Of a DNA stretch of 64,000 nucleotides, positions 48,301-59,122 are shown piece after piece. Location: the NCBI GenBank assembly GCA_963514005.1, contig OY740808.1, positions 18,042,001 through 18,106,000 of the forward strand, in the 5' to 3' direction. The translations under genes were made by a program, and so were the position numbers. The number at the start of each line of letters is the position of its first letter. Position 1 is the first letter of the stretch. Below the pieces are notes generated by a model. That model did no database searches, had not been told where the DNA came from, and saw only the letters and a program-made list of their open reading frames with translations. The DNA is from Raja brachyura. Its lineage: Eukaryota.

Positions 48301-51300
48301 TAGGTTAATGCAACTCCACCTTGAGGCTTGATGCCAAAATGGGATAGATTTTGGAACTGTATACAACTTAAACACCAGGATAAAAAGCAGCTCTGAATGA
48401 CCCTGTTCCATCTTCTGCCTCTGTTTAGGAGATCAGTGTTAACATTGTATTATTGCGCAGGTATCGTAGCACCAATTGAGGCAAAGATGAGGAAGGGGAA
48501 AGGAGCAATCGGTGCTTACGGGTCTGAACGAACAGAGCAGTCGCTGAAAGACTTTCCCATCGTCGACTCGGATGAGGATGCTGATGAGGTTTGGAATGAT
48601 AAAGTTCTTGCCCTTTTATTTGCATGTATTTTAAATATCCCAGCTGTATCTACAGACCCACAGAAGAACACCAGGCTATCATTTTCCAGAGCATTATTGA
48701 TCTCGCCACCTCTGGCAATCTTCTCTCCACAACCTCCACCCTTATAGTTCCCCAGCTGTTTCCAATGTCCCTCCTCTTTGTTAACTCCCCTGCCAGCCTT
48801 CTGCCCTCTCCAGAACTTTTTATTTCCATCTGCTGACGTGACATCAACCGTCTTGACTTCTCCACTTCCCTTACCCACTCCAATCACACCTCCACCAAAC
48901 GCACAGCCCTTCACTCGCACAGCAACAATACCGATATTGTTAACAAACCTGACGACAAGGGACGTGTTGTAGTAGACTGGCAGGCTGAGGTAGTCTACCG
49001 TGCAGAGGTAAGGTGCCAGCTCGTATCTACCCCTCATATCGATCCCTATCCCATGACCCCACAGACGAATGCCAGGCCTTCATTCCCAGACTGTTACTGA
49101 TCTCACCACCTCTGGCTATCTCCCCTCCACAGCCTTCAACCGTATAGTTCGCCAGCCCTATGCAGCTGTTTCTATCTCCTCAAAATCCGCAAACTGGACT
49201 GTCCCAGCAGAGCCATTGTTACTGCTTGCTCCTGCCCCAAAACATGTTCTCCAGAGATGCTGCTTGACCTGCTGAGTTACTCCAACACTTTGTGTCTTTC
49301 TTTGGAAACCAGCATCTGCATTTTCTTGTATCCCCAGCTCTTATCCCTTTTTCACCCTTTCCTAATCGAAAGGTTTTTGGTGAGGATGGATCAGTAACAA
49401 TTCGTAGTTTGGGTCTCTGTTACAGGGAATACAGAGCCATTGCTTCGTGACTCCACCCCGGATCAATGTTAACTTAATTGAACTAATGCTCTGCACTTGT
49501 AGGTGTTTTAGGGTCTGAAAAATGAGAGTCTGTTAGTGTGTAATGGCAGCTAACTAACTAACTAACTAACCGTTTGTGTGAAGGACTTCCTGAAAGAGAT
49601 GAGCCAGTGGCGAAAGGATCCCACAGGTGGAAAGAAGAAACCGAAGTACAACTACAAAACGGTGGAGGAGCTGAAAGCAAAGGGAACAACAAGCCTAGGC
49701 AGGAAAATGGCTGCACCGCAGACGGAACTCTCACAAGTCAAGGTGTGTAGGGAAGGCCTTCCCTTCAAACGTAATAAGTTATAACTCTTCGCAGGCAATT
49801 ATGATTTACTTCATACCTGTCCTTTAAAGCAGCTCTCAGACATTTATCCAAGTAGGTCGATAATTGACAGGCAGAGTAAAACCGTTATCATAAATAGAAT
49901 TTATGAAACTATTGATAGTTACATAAAAAATGTTGGTCTGCAAAATGCTTATGTCAGCTGATTAGTCAATCAGAATCTATTGAGCTTTACCATGAGTTAT
50001 TGTCAACTTCAGGTGTAGTAAGTAGAAATTCATTTTTATTTTCTGGTTGTTTCTATATTACAACTCATACCCTGTTCAACATTTTATGTATCATGCTCTG
50101 ACACTGTTTGTTCTTTGCCTTTTGTTACTTCTAGAAGTGTGAATGACTGATGATAGACAGTCTATAGTTCAGCTTTCTCATTAGTGACACAACCCTGATA
50201 GTAGAACCACTTGCCAGAAAGGAGATGTCTGCAGAATGAAGTCGCAGCTGACCTGTGCCGCAGTGCTGTGATGTGTTGACAGCAGATGGCACAGCACTAC
50301 AAATGCATTGCTGTCCATTCTCAACTGTAGAGATAACTCGCATTCATTAGTGAAGTGCAACTGGGTATGCTGAACAAAATTTTCTGAATGCCGTGGATGA
50401 GAATTATAGTGATGTTGTGCTTGATCATCCTGGTGTGTCTTTTTCATGTTGGACAAAGCACCAGTTACAAAGGGTGGTTTCCCAATGCAGAACAGTGTGA
50501 CAGCATTACACTGTGATTTGTTGTGCGCATTAGACATCTGGCAAGAAGGATTCGGCTTATCCGTTTTCACCTTTGCTGATGTATTTGTATAGGTGCATTG
50601 GCAGTGTCTTACTGGCCTGGCATTGCTTTGTTGGTTGAATTTCTTCTCTAAACATTAGGAGTTCCACTCGAGCCAGTAATAAAAGTTGAAGAAAAGCTCA
50701 AAGCTTCCCCAGAGCCTTTTTACCAGCTGCAAATAAACGTTTTAAAAAAATGGAATGAATCTTATTTATGACCCTCAAATGTATTGCATACACTGCCCAG
50801 CACCTAGCCAAGCCACTTCATGTAAAAGATGGAAAATAATACCGCTGCTGTTATTGCAACACTCTGCATCATTGTTGGTACGCTACCACCTGTTGCAAAG
50901 AGTGTTTCCTGAATGTTTCCATTTGTCAGCTTAAAATAATGCGATGCAGAAAGGTGGTGGTATTTCCAATTTCCTATACTACTAGTGTGCTAGTGCGCAA
51001 GGGCAGGGCTGGGAGTTGGGGGTTAATAGCAGGGTAATCTACCCACATATGCTAAATCACAAACTGTGCTCCAGGGTCTAGACTACCTATAGGATATGTC
51101 AAAGCTCATAAATCAACTTACTTTAATGATTCTTTCCAATGCTTTCCATGTGCCTGTGACATGAATGCTTTCAGAATTTTATTCTTCCAGTAACTGAACT
51201 GAACAAGAAGTTGAAGTTGTGCTGAGCCCATACGTGCAGCGTTAAACTACTAGGAGAAATGTTGACCGTTTCTACGATGACCATAATTACTCAAATGTGC

Positions 51301-54300
51301 CCAAAACTTGCAGGTGGCAGGAGCTAAACCGGAATTTGAATAAATCAACTGTTACTGTGTTGTTAACTACTGAGACCATTATCAACTGATCTGTCCTAAG
51401 ATTACAGATTGGCATGATTTAAACATGGTGGGCAACTTCTAACAGCTAGTTACAGAACTCGTTACCTGCGGGAGTACACCAGAAAGTATCTACCTTGCCT
51501 GATTAAACTAGCTATCAGTTGGGTAATGTTTCCATTGAATTGCGTGCTTTAACACTGTGACATGTTTCATTTGTCGTGTAGGTTATAGACATGACGGGAA
51601 AGGAACAGAAAGTGTATTACAGTTACAGCCAGATAACCCAGAAGCACGACATTCCTGACGATGTGCAGTCACTGGGCAAAGATGCCAAGTCAGAGGGGTT
51701 CTCCCTCCCAGAGCTGGACCACAACCTGGAGCTGCTGATCGAGATGACGGAGCAGGAAATCATCCAGAATGATCGGCAGCTGCAGTATGAGAAGGACATG
51801 GTAATCAACATCTCCCACGAGAACGAGAAGCTCTCTGAGATCCTAGAGCACGAGGGAAAGATCATAGACAAGCTCAGCCATATCCTGCAGATCGTGGAGG
51901 ATTGCGAGAAGAGACTGCAGCCCAACTGCGAAAACCCATTGACATTGGATGAATGTGCAGACATTTTTGAAATGTTGCAGGAGAAATATTTTGAAGAGTA
52001 TAAGATGTTTGACCTGGCGGAACTCTCCATTGCCGTTGTATTTCCACTGCTGAGAGAATACTTTAAGGCCTGGAATCCTTTGCAGGTACAGACTAACAGC
52101 ATGGAATTGAATGACCTTGATGCATTTAATGGTGGTGGGTCATGCAAACTGGGACAGAATGCCGGTTTAATGTCCCCTGTGCCTTTAGGCTTCTCAATTC
52201 TGATAGCTGTCTCCCTACTCTTGTTGGATGGTAACTGGCAAATTCCATTAACTCTGATTTCCTTGAAGACTTGCTAAAGTTATGCATTAAAAATTAATGA
52301 CAATAACTGGGGTCAGGTGCGGTTCCAGCAGAGAAGTGTTGGGTTATGTAGTATACCGGGCAAACACTGTCCCAAAGTGTTTGTCACTGAGCCCAGACTT
52401 TGCATGTTCATTTTATTAATACAGTTACCGTGGACTAAGGATGGTAGAGTCAGTTCATCCCTAACCAATTGGGCATAAAATGGGCATAAAAAATGAGGTA
52501 ACAGTTTTGTCCCTTCATTTAGGATAACGAGTATGGTTTGGAGGTCATGTCTAAGTGGCGGAAACTTCTGGAACGAGACCAACTGCAACATGGAGGTTGT
52601 GACATGTTGTCTATGGACCCCTACCACAGGTAAAAATAAAATAATTGGTAGAAACTTCTGTATTTTGGAACACATTTGCATCCCGACTCTCAAGCAGAGA
52701 TCGCGCATACCTCATTTCAGCTTGTTTCATCAGTATGAAGAGATGTCCCGACTTGAAACATCACCTGTCCATTTCCTGCACAGATGCTGCCTAACCCGCT
52801 GAGTTCCCCCAGCACTTTGTGTTTTTCTCAAGATTCCCACATCAGCAGTCTCTCTCTCGTATCTCCTCATTTCAACTATATTCAGGCTTTAATTCATTGA
52901 GGTCCGAGTTCCAAGGAGCACTGTTCCTCAAATACATGTAGATCAGAGCATCCTGTGTTAGGTCCACTACGCTGTGTTGAAGACAGCTGTGCAGAAAGAA
53001 AATCAAAGCTTTGGTGTTTTTCTTCCTAGGACATTGCCAAAGCTGAGCAACGGACATTTCTCTCAACACTTTTAACATATGTTCACATCAAAGTGGAGCT
53101 ACCATCAGCAGGCCCAGTCTTATAAACAGAATCTGTGCCATTTGCAGTGGAGTAGAGTTACAGAATTACCATATTCCAATCTCGGATAGGTGGTGAATAG
53201 CTTGCATCTGACTTAAAGTTTTAATCCAATTGATTGATTGGCGAGATACTTTAAAGTGAGAGAGGCAGATCAAGATGCTCATAGTTTAACTTACAATGAC
53301 TTACATATGTTATGTTTATAAATGAGACAACCTGAAATTCTTGTAGATCTTATTGGCTGCATTCCTGATTAATGAAACATAACACCGTGAAACTCCTCTT
53401 ACTGCTTGGTGAAAGTGCAAAGGAGAAAGTTAAAAGATACCAGCAGACCAGCAATTCGACTTGGTGACTAGGAAATCAACTGAGGAATACAGAGTGAACC
53501 CCTGCTTCTACAGTCGCATCTTATTCTGTTCCTCATTGCCTGTCAATTATTTTTTACTATATGTAGCCCAGATCCTCTTGGATCAAAACTTCCTTGATGC
53601 TGGAACTGTTTAAAATGTAATGAGTTAGTCTAAGTTCATGGGCAGGCCAGCAATTTTAAGTGCACATTCCACTGATAACTGATGCTTTGATTGTCATACC
53701 ATTTGTCTCTGGAACCAAATCTCTGGAGTTGATCAAAGAGCAACTCGTATTGTATGGACAGCTGTGCTTCAATTTTTGTTTTAAAACATGATCACTCGAG
53801 CTTTGTTTCCACCTTACTCTGACTTGTTTCAACATTGACAGTGGTTAATAGAAGGTTAATTCCCGGGATGGCGGGACTGTCATATGCTGAGAGAATGGAG
53901 CAGCTGGGCTTGTATACTCTGGAGTTTAGAAGGATGAGAGGGGATCTCATTGAAACATATAAGATTGTTAAGGGCTTGGACACACCAGAGGCAGGAAACG
54001 TTCCCGATGTTGGGGGAGTCCAGAACCAGGGGCCACAGTTTAAGAATAAGGAGTAAGCCATTTATAACGGAGACGAGGAAACACTTTTTCTCACAGAGAG
54101 TGGTGAGTCTGTGGAATTCTCTGCCTCAGAGGGTGGTGGAGGCAGGTTCTCTGGATGCTTTCAAGAGAGAGCTAGATAGGGGTCTTAAAAATAGTGGAGT
54201 CGGGGGATATGGGGAGAAGGCAGGAACTGATTGGGGATGATCAGCCATGATCACATTAAATGGCGGTGCTGGCTCGAAGGGCCAAATGGCCTACTCCTGC

Positions 54301-57300
54301 ATCTATTGTCTATTGTTTTCCTATTTCCCATATTTTCCCTGAAAATATGTTAATATTGGGAACCTGACAATGAATAATTCCAGTTTGTTGGAAAATGAGG
54401 GACTAAATGAACTTTTCTTACTTCTTACTGGCCTTTCTGCCTCCTCCAATGTACAGGTTAATGTGGGAGGTGTGGATGCCGTCCGCACGTAACATTGTGT
54501 CCCAGTGGCTGCCCAGGAATTGTGCTCCCATGGTTGATTTCTTGGAGAACTGGATGCCTGTGGTTCCTCTTTGGATATTGGACAATATTCTTGAACAATT
54601 GGTTTTTCCTAAACTACAGCGTGAGGTTAGAACCTTTTCCTGTTATTATAGGCCTGGTAGTTTTCAATCTGCTAAATTCTGCTTCATTGATAATGTTTAG
54701 TTATTAGAAAACACTTGTACAATTTAGAACTTTTTCATTGAGTTTATCAACATATAGATTAATAACTACGAGAAGAGATATAAACTAAAAAATGAGATAC
54801 AAAGACACATCACTCGGTGTAACAAAGACCATGTTGCTAATCAGGTGAATGTAAAGAAAATGAGCAGGCCAAGAAAATACTGATACATCAAAACTGAGGG
54901 AATGGAAATTAAATGGGAATAATAGGAAGGGTTTGTGCCGGAGGGAATAAAAGAGACATGGGATTGGAATATTCAAACCAAAACAATTCTGCAAAAGGAA
55001 AAGTTCAAAAATGGGGGGTCCTGATTTACCGATCAAAGGATTCAGCATTGTTTACAGGGGTTGATCAGCACCATGGTATGAGATGGAACTAATATGAACA
55101 GAGGAGGGACACAGCTTTATGAAATCAGTTGTGCTGCACGCTATTTGATAAACAGCAGTTGAGAAAGGAGAAAAACAAGAACATAATTAACCACAGCCTA
55201 TTGCGCTCATCTACACAATCTTTGGCATTCTTTTTAGGTTGAAAGCTGGAATCCCTTGACGGACACGGTCCCGATCCATGCCTGGATCCACCCCTGGCTG
55301 CCTCTAATGCAGATGCGCCTTGAGCCACTATATTCCCCCATCCGCAATAAGCTTTCCAATGCATTGCAGAAGTGGCATCCCAGCGACTCGTCTGCAAAAC
55401 TGATCCTGTTGCCCTGGAAAGATGTGTTTACACCAGGATCCTGGGAAGCTTTCATGGTTAAAAATATTGTTCCAAAATTAGGTGAGAAATATCTGAATAT
55501 AATTTATATTAGAGCAGGAAAAATTCTATTTTGTTTTCATCCCTTTTCTAAAGGAGTTAGTTCAAGGTACTGTACCAATACTTTCGGTACTTCAGTTAGA
55601 TTCATTGGCATTGACGTGAGAGCCACGAGTGAGGTTTCAGCAGCTCATTTGACATCACAATTAAGATATTTTCTGTTCTGACCCCTCATTAGAAATGCAG
55701 CATTCCTTTTCTTTTTTGACTTTTATGAACCTTTTCAGCTTGCTTTTAAAGGAGGAATTGTCGACCCCTCCTCATGTTTGATGATGTAATCAACTAAAAC
55801 ATGATTCTTGTTCTCAGTAAGACCTGTCTACACATGATCCCAGCATTTATCAATCTCCTTGCCTTCTGGGCCCTGCTCTACCTTGTACTTAAGATCTTCA
55901 TGCTTTCATATCTCTTCATGACCTTATCCATCCATGCTATCTTCATCTCCATCAGCCTACATCTTGTAAATTCTACTCTCCTCACATTTTGGCTTCTTGT
56001 GTATCACTGCTATTGTTCTGCCTTTAATGATTATTTATGTCTTAGGATGCTCGGAGCTAAACTCCACCATTCCACCCTCTGACTTTCTACCACTCTCATG
56101 CACTTTCATTTAAAGTGGTCTTTAAAATCTACCTTTATAATTCACCATTTGGCCACCTATTATTTTGTTTGTTTATGTGATTCAGAGTCCGATTTTATCC
56201 GATAGTCACCCCCACAAAATTTTTTGGTCATTTTATTGTTACTGTTTTCTTATCTATTTCTATTTCGCTTTTAATGTGCTTCTTGATCGAGCAGTACAGA
56301 ATATAACAAACTGCTGCATGACGAAAAGTTATCCTCCTCTCCCTGCTGATCTCTTGCTAATTATCTATCACTATTCTCTGGTTACTGATGCTTGGGTTGT
56401 TTCATAGACTGTAGGAAAAAAATGCACAGGAACGGGCCCTTCAGTCTGCAATGTCTGTGCCGAATATGATGGCAAGATAAACTAATCTCCTCTGCCTGAA
56501 CATGATCCATATCCCCCACTCCCCCATTCCCTGCATATCCAGGTGTCTATCTCAAAGTCTCTTAGACACCATTACTGTATCTGCCTTCATTGCTACTTCT
56601 GGCACCATGTTCCGGGTACCCACTTGTGTAAAGAAAAACTCCCCGTGCATCTCCTTTAAACCTTGCCCCTCTTTCCAAAAGCTATGCCCTCTAGTCTTTG
56701 ACATTTTCATGGGGCTGTTGTTAAGCTTGGAAGAAACAACAAACTCCTATCTACACAGTTGTTCTCCCTGTGACCACATGGGATTTTTTTGGGTGCTCCG
56801 GTTTCCTCCCACATCCTAAAGACATATGGGTGTAGGATACAAAACTGGGATGACATATAACTAGTGTACAGGTGATCGTTGATCAGCGCTGACCTGGTGG
56901 GGCCAAAGGGGCTTGTTTCCATGCTGTATCTGTAAACTAAATTAAACAAATAATCTCCAAAGAAATGATTGAATTAAAACAAAATTAATGTGGTTTTGAA
57001 AAGAGTGAGACTTTGATTGCTGCTCGATCGTGAAGAGAGAATGCCTCATGAATGTCCGTTTCTAACCCCTGACAGGAATGTGTGTGTCTGAGTTTGTAAT
57101 CAATCCCCACCAGCAGCACATGGATGCCTTCCACTGGGTGATGGACTGGGAGGACATGATCTCACCATCTAGCCTCATCGGATTGCTTGAGAAAAATTTC
57201 TTTGGAAAGTGGTTGCAGGTACTGGCGAACGAATGGATCTAGCTGACAATTAAACATTCTTGGCTCTCTTGAAGACTCGTAATGATCAATTTAATATCTG

Positions 57301-59122
57301 TAAAATTCTTGCTTACATTTTATCTTTACGATTACTACTGTTGGCCACAATATTGTACTTTGTTGTCCAATGTTGGGAATAGGTAGAGTTTGTACCTTTG
57401 CAATTAGGTGAAGCAACAAATGTATTTTACAATAAATAAGTTTTAACTGAAAATGTTACTTTTTTTTTTGCAACTTGTAACATGCCAGCCTTATTCTGTG
57501 GTGAATTTCCTCGATTTACAGGTGCTGTGTTCATGGCTCAGTAACAGCCCAAATTATGAAGAGATCACAAAATGGTACCTGGGCTGGAAGTCCATGTTCT
57601 CGGACCAGGTCCTGGCCCACCCGACCGTCAAAGAGAAGTTTAATGAAGCCCTGGACATCATGAACCGTGCTGTCACCTCCACTGTTGGTAAGTAATTCTT
57701 CATTTTATCTTATCTGGGACTCTTCCAAAAGGTGGGAGATTTACGTATATGGAAAGGGAAGGAAAAGGAATGAAATTCAGAGAGGAAACTGAAAGGCAAA
57801 TGCAGCAAAGAGTTGAAAGGAAAAATACTTTTTTTTTAACAGAAATTGTGAATGTTTTGGAATCCTTTGAATGCAAAATATCTAAAGTCTGAACCTCGGG
57901 ACCTCCCAATACGTTTGAGTTAATGAAGTCATTAAAAAGTGTGGTTAATACTGGGAGCACTTGCCAAAGTTTGCGCAAATGGGAAAATAGATCCCTTATT
58001 TCCTTTGAACACCATTAATGCAGGCTTCAAAGGGCGTTGAATAATTGAAAATTGGTTCACACTTGCCGGGCTTGGACTCTGATTATGTGGAGGGGAGGTT
58101 TGCTGAGGGAATGTTTCATTTTAATTGGAAGCTTCTTACAAAACTGATCCAACCATATCCTGTCGCCACAGATCGAGTGCTCCCAAACCCATTACCCTTT
58201 CAACACCACTTTATGTTAATCCTGTGCAAAGCCCTGCTCTCCTGCTGGTGTACTGGACACCTGCCACAAACCCCTGCTTTGCCCCGCCTGCTGTTGCAGC
58301 TGCTCCCTGAGAAGCGGCCAGCTCCAAGCATGGGCATCGCTGGAAATTGGCAACATGCACTCGTCCCCCGAGCACCCGATCTCATGATCTCTCTGATAAC
58401 CCACCAGATGTGATGGAGCCAGCTGTCCCTACCTTTCTTTGGGTGCACAGTCCTCCCAGCCCAGAGATCATGATAACAGCTCTGGCCAAGGACCACAGTT
58501 GTGAACAACAGTTTAATAAAGATTACCAATGAATTATTATATATTTTAAATATATTATTATGAAATAAGAAGATCTAATCTTGGTTACCAGTTACTACCA
58601 CCTATTCCCCATTGACTTGGTGCCTCAAGTCGTAGGATATCAATTGTACAGTGTTTTTCAGCTATCACCTCATAACGCGGCGTTTGACTGTAAAGTGCAC
58701 TTAATCCAAATGCCATTTATTGCCTGTAGAATGCAGACTTTCCTTCACTGTTTTGCCTTCAAACAGGTGGCTACATGCAGCCAGGAGCTCGAGAAAACAT
58801 TGCCTACCTGACCCACACGGAACGCCGGAGGGACTTCCAGTACGAGGCCATGCAGGAGCGGCGTGAGGCTGAGAACATGGCTCACCGTGGCATCGGAGTC
58901 ACGTCAACCTCCATCCCCATGAACTTCAAGGACCTGATCCAGGCCAAGGCTGAAGAGCACAACATCGTCTTCATGCCTTTGATGGGCAAACGTCATGAGG
59001 GGAAACAGCTCTACACCTTTGGGCGGATCATCATCTACATTGACAGAGGGGTTGTGTTTGTACAGGGAGAGAAGACTTGGGTGCCAACGTCACTTCAGAG
59101 CCTCATTGATATGGCTAAGTAA
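42113..59122 (+). CDS. TFIP11: Tuftelin-interacting protein 11 (G-patch spliceosome disassembly factor, Ntr1/Spp382 homolog), 12 coding exons, 830 aa
   Basis: Exons 42113-42312, 45865-46024, 47847-48003, 48461-48588, 49584-49742, 51582-52085, 52523-52629, 54457-54625, 55238-55481, 57076-57218, 57522-57687, 58767-59122 (2493 nt, in frame). TIP_N motif [18 protein letters not shown]; G-patch [28 protein letters not shown]; GCFC-region [19 protein letters not shown]; C-terminus [14 protein letters not shown]. Confidence 0.95.
43393..45602 (-). mobile_element. CR1-clade LINE (HER1-like), RT region with stops and frameshifts
   Basis: [49 protein letters not shown] across several broken ORFs; same 3' tail as 7665. 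Confidence 0.93.
45865..46024 (+). CDS. TFIP11: TFIP11 exon ([15 protein letters not shown]...KLKT)
   Basis: catag acceptor, gtaagt donor. Confidence 0.92.
46688..47385 (-). mobile_element. Penelope-like element 3' fragment (GIY-YIG)
   Basis: [13 protein letters not shown]...[24 protein letters not shown]; [14 protein letters not shown]. Confidence 0.88.
47847..48003 (+). CDS. TFIP11: TFIP11 G-patch exon
   Basis: ccgcag acceptor, G|gtaatg donor. Confidence 0.93.
48461..48588 (+). CDS. TFIP11: TFIP11 exon ([22 protein letters not shown]...)
   Basis: gcgcag acceptor, gtttgg donor. Confidence 0.92.
48655..49330 (+). mobile_element. Degenerate Penelope RT N-terminal fragments plus terminal repeat
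   Basis: Frame-broken remnants of KP.DKG..VVV, LI.SG.LP.TA and KI.K.DCP.R.IV.ACSCP; ends ctccagagatgctgc...ccagcatctgca. Confidence 0.65.
49584..49742 (+). CDS. TFIP11: TFIP11 exon ([11 protein letters not shown]...ELSQVK)
   Basis: gtgaag acceptor, gtgtgt donor; [12 protein letters not shown] motif. Confidence 0.9.
51582..52085 (+). CDS. TFIP11: TFIP11 exon ([12 protein letters not shown]...WNPLQ)
   Basis: gtgtag acceptor, gtacag donor; matches ORF 51591-52277. Confidence 0.93.
52523..52629 (+). CDS. TFIP11: TFIP11 exon ([17 protein letters not shown]...DPYH)
   Basis: tttag acceptor, AG|gtaaaa donor. Confidence 0.9.
53851..54316 (+). mobile_element. CR1-clade LINE 3' fragment, same family as 7665-8373
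   Basis: [24 protein letters not shown]...; ends ctattgtctattg. Confidence 0.9.
54457..54625 (+). CDS. TFIP11: TFIP11 exon (LMWEVWMP...FPKLQRE)
   Basis: gtacag acceptor, gttaga donor. Confidence 0.92.
55238..55481 (+). CDS. TFIP11: TFIP11 exon ([14 protein letters not shown]...IVPKL)
   Basis: ttttag acceptor, G|gtgaga donor. Confidence 0.93.
56750..56950 (+). mobile_element. Partial HE1-type SINE
   Basis: tccggtttcctcccacatcc core; gggccaaaggggcttgtttccatgctgtatct tail. Confidence 0.7.
57076..57218 (+). CDS. TFIP11: TFIP11 exon ([18 protein letters not shown]...KWLQ)
   Basis: gacag acceptor, gtactg donor. Confidence 0.92.
57522..57687 (+). CDS. TFIP11: TFIP11 exon ([23 protein letters not shown]...)
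   Basis: ttacag acceptor, G|gtaagt donor. Confidence 0.93.
58767..59122 (+). CDS. TFIP11: TFIP11 last coding exon ([14 protein letters not shown]...LIDMAK*)
   Basis: aaacag acceptor; TAA at 59120-59122; AATAAA at 59474-59479. Confidence 0.94.
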
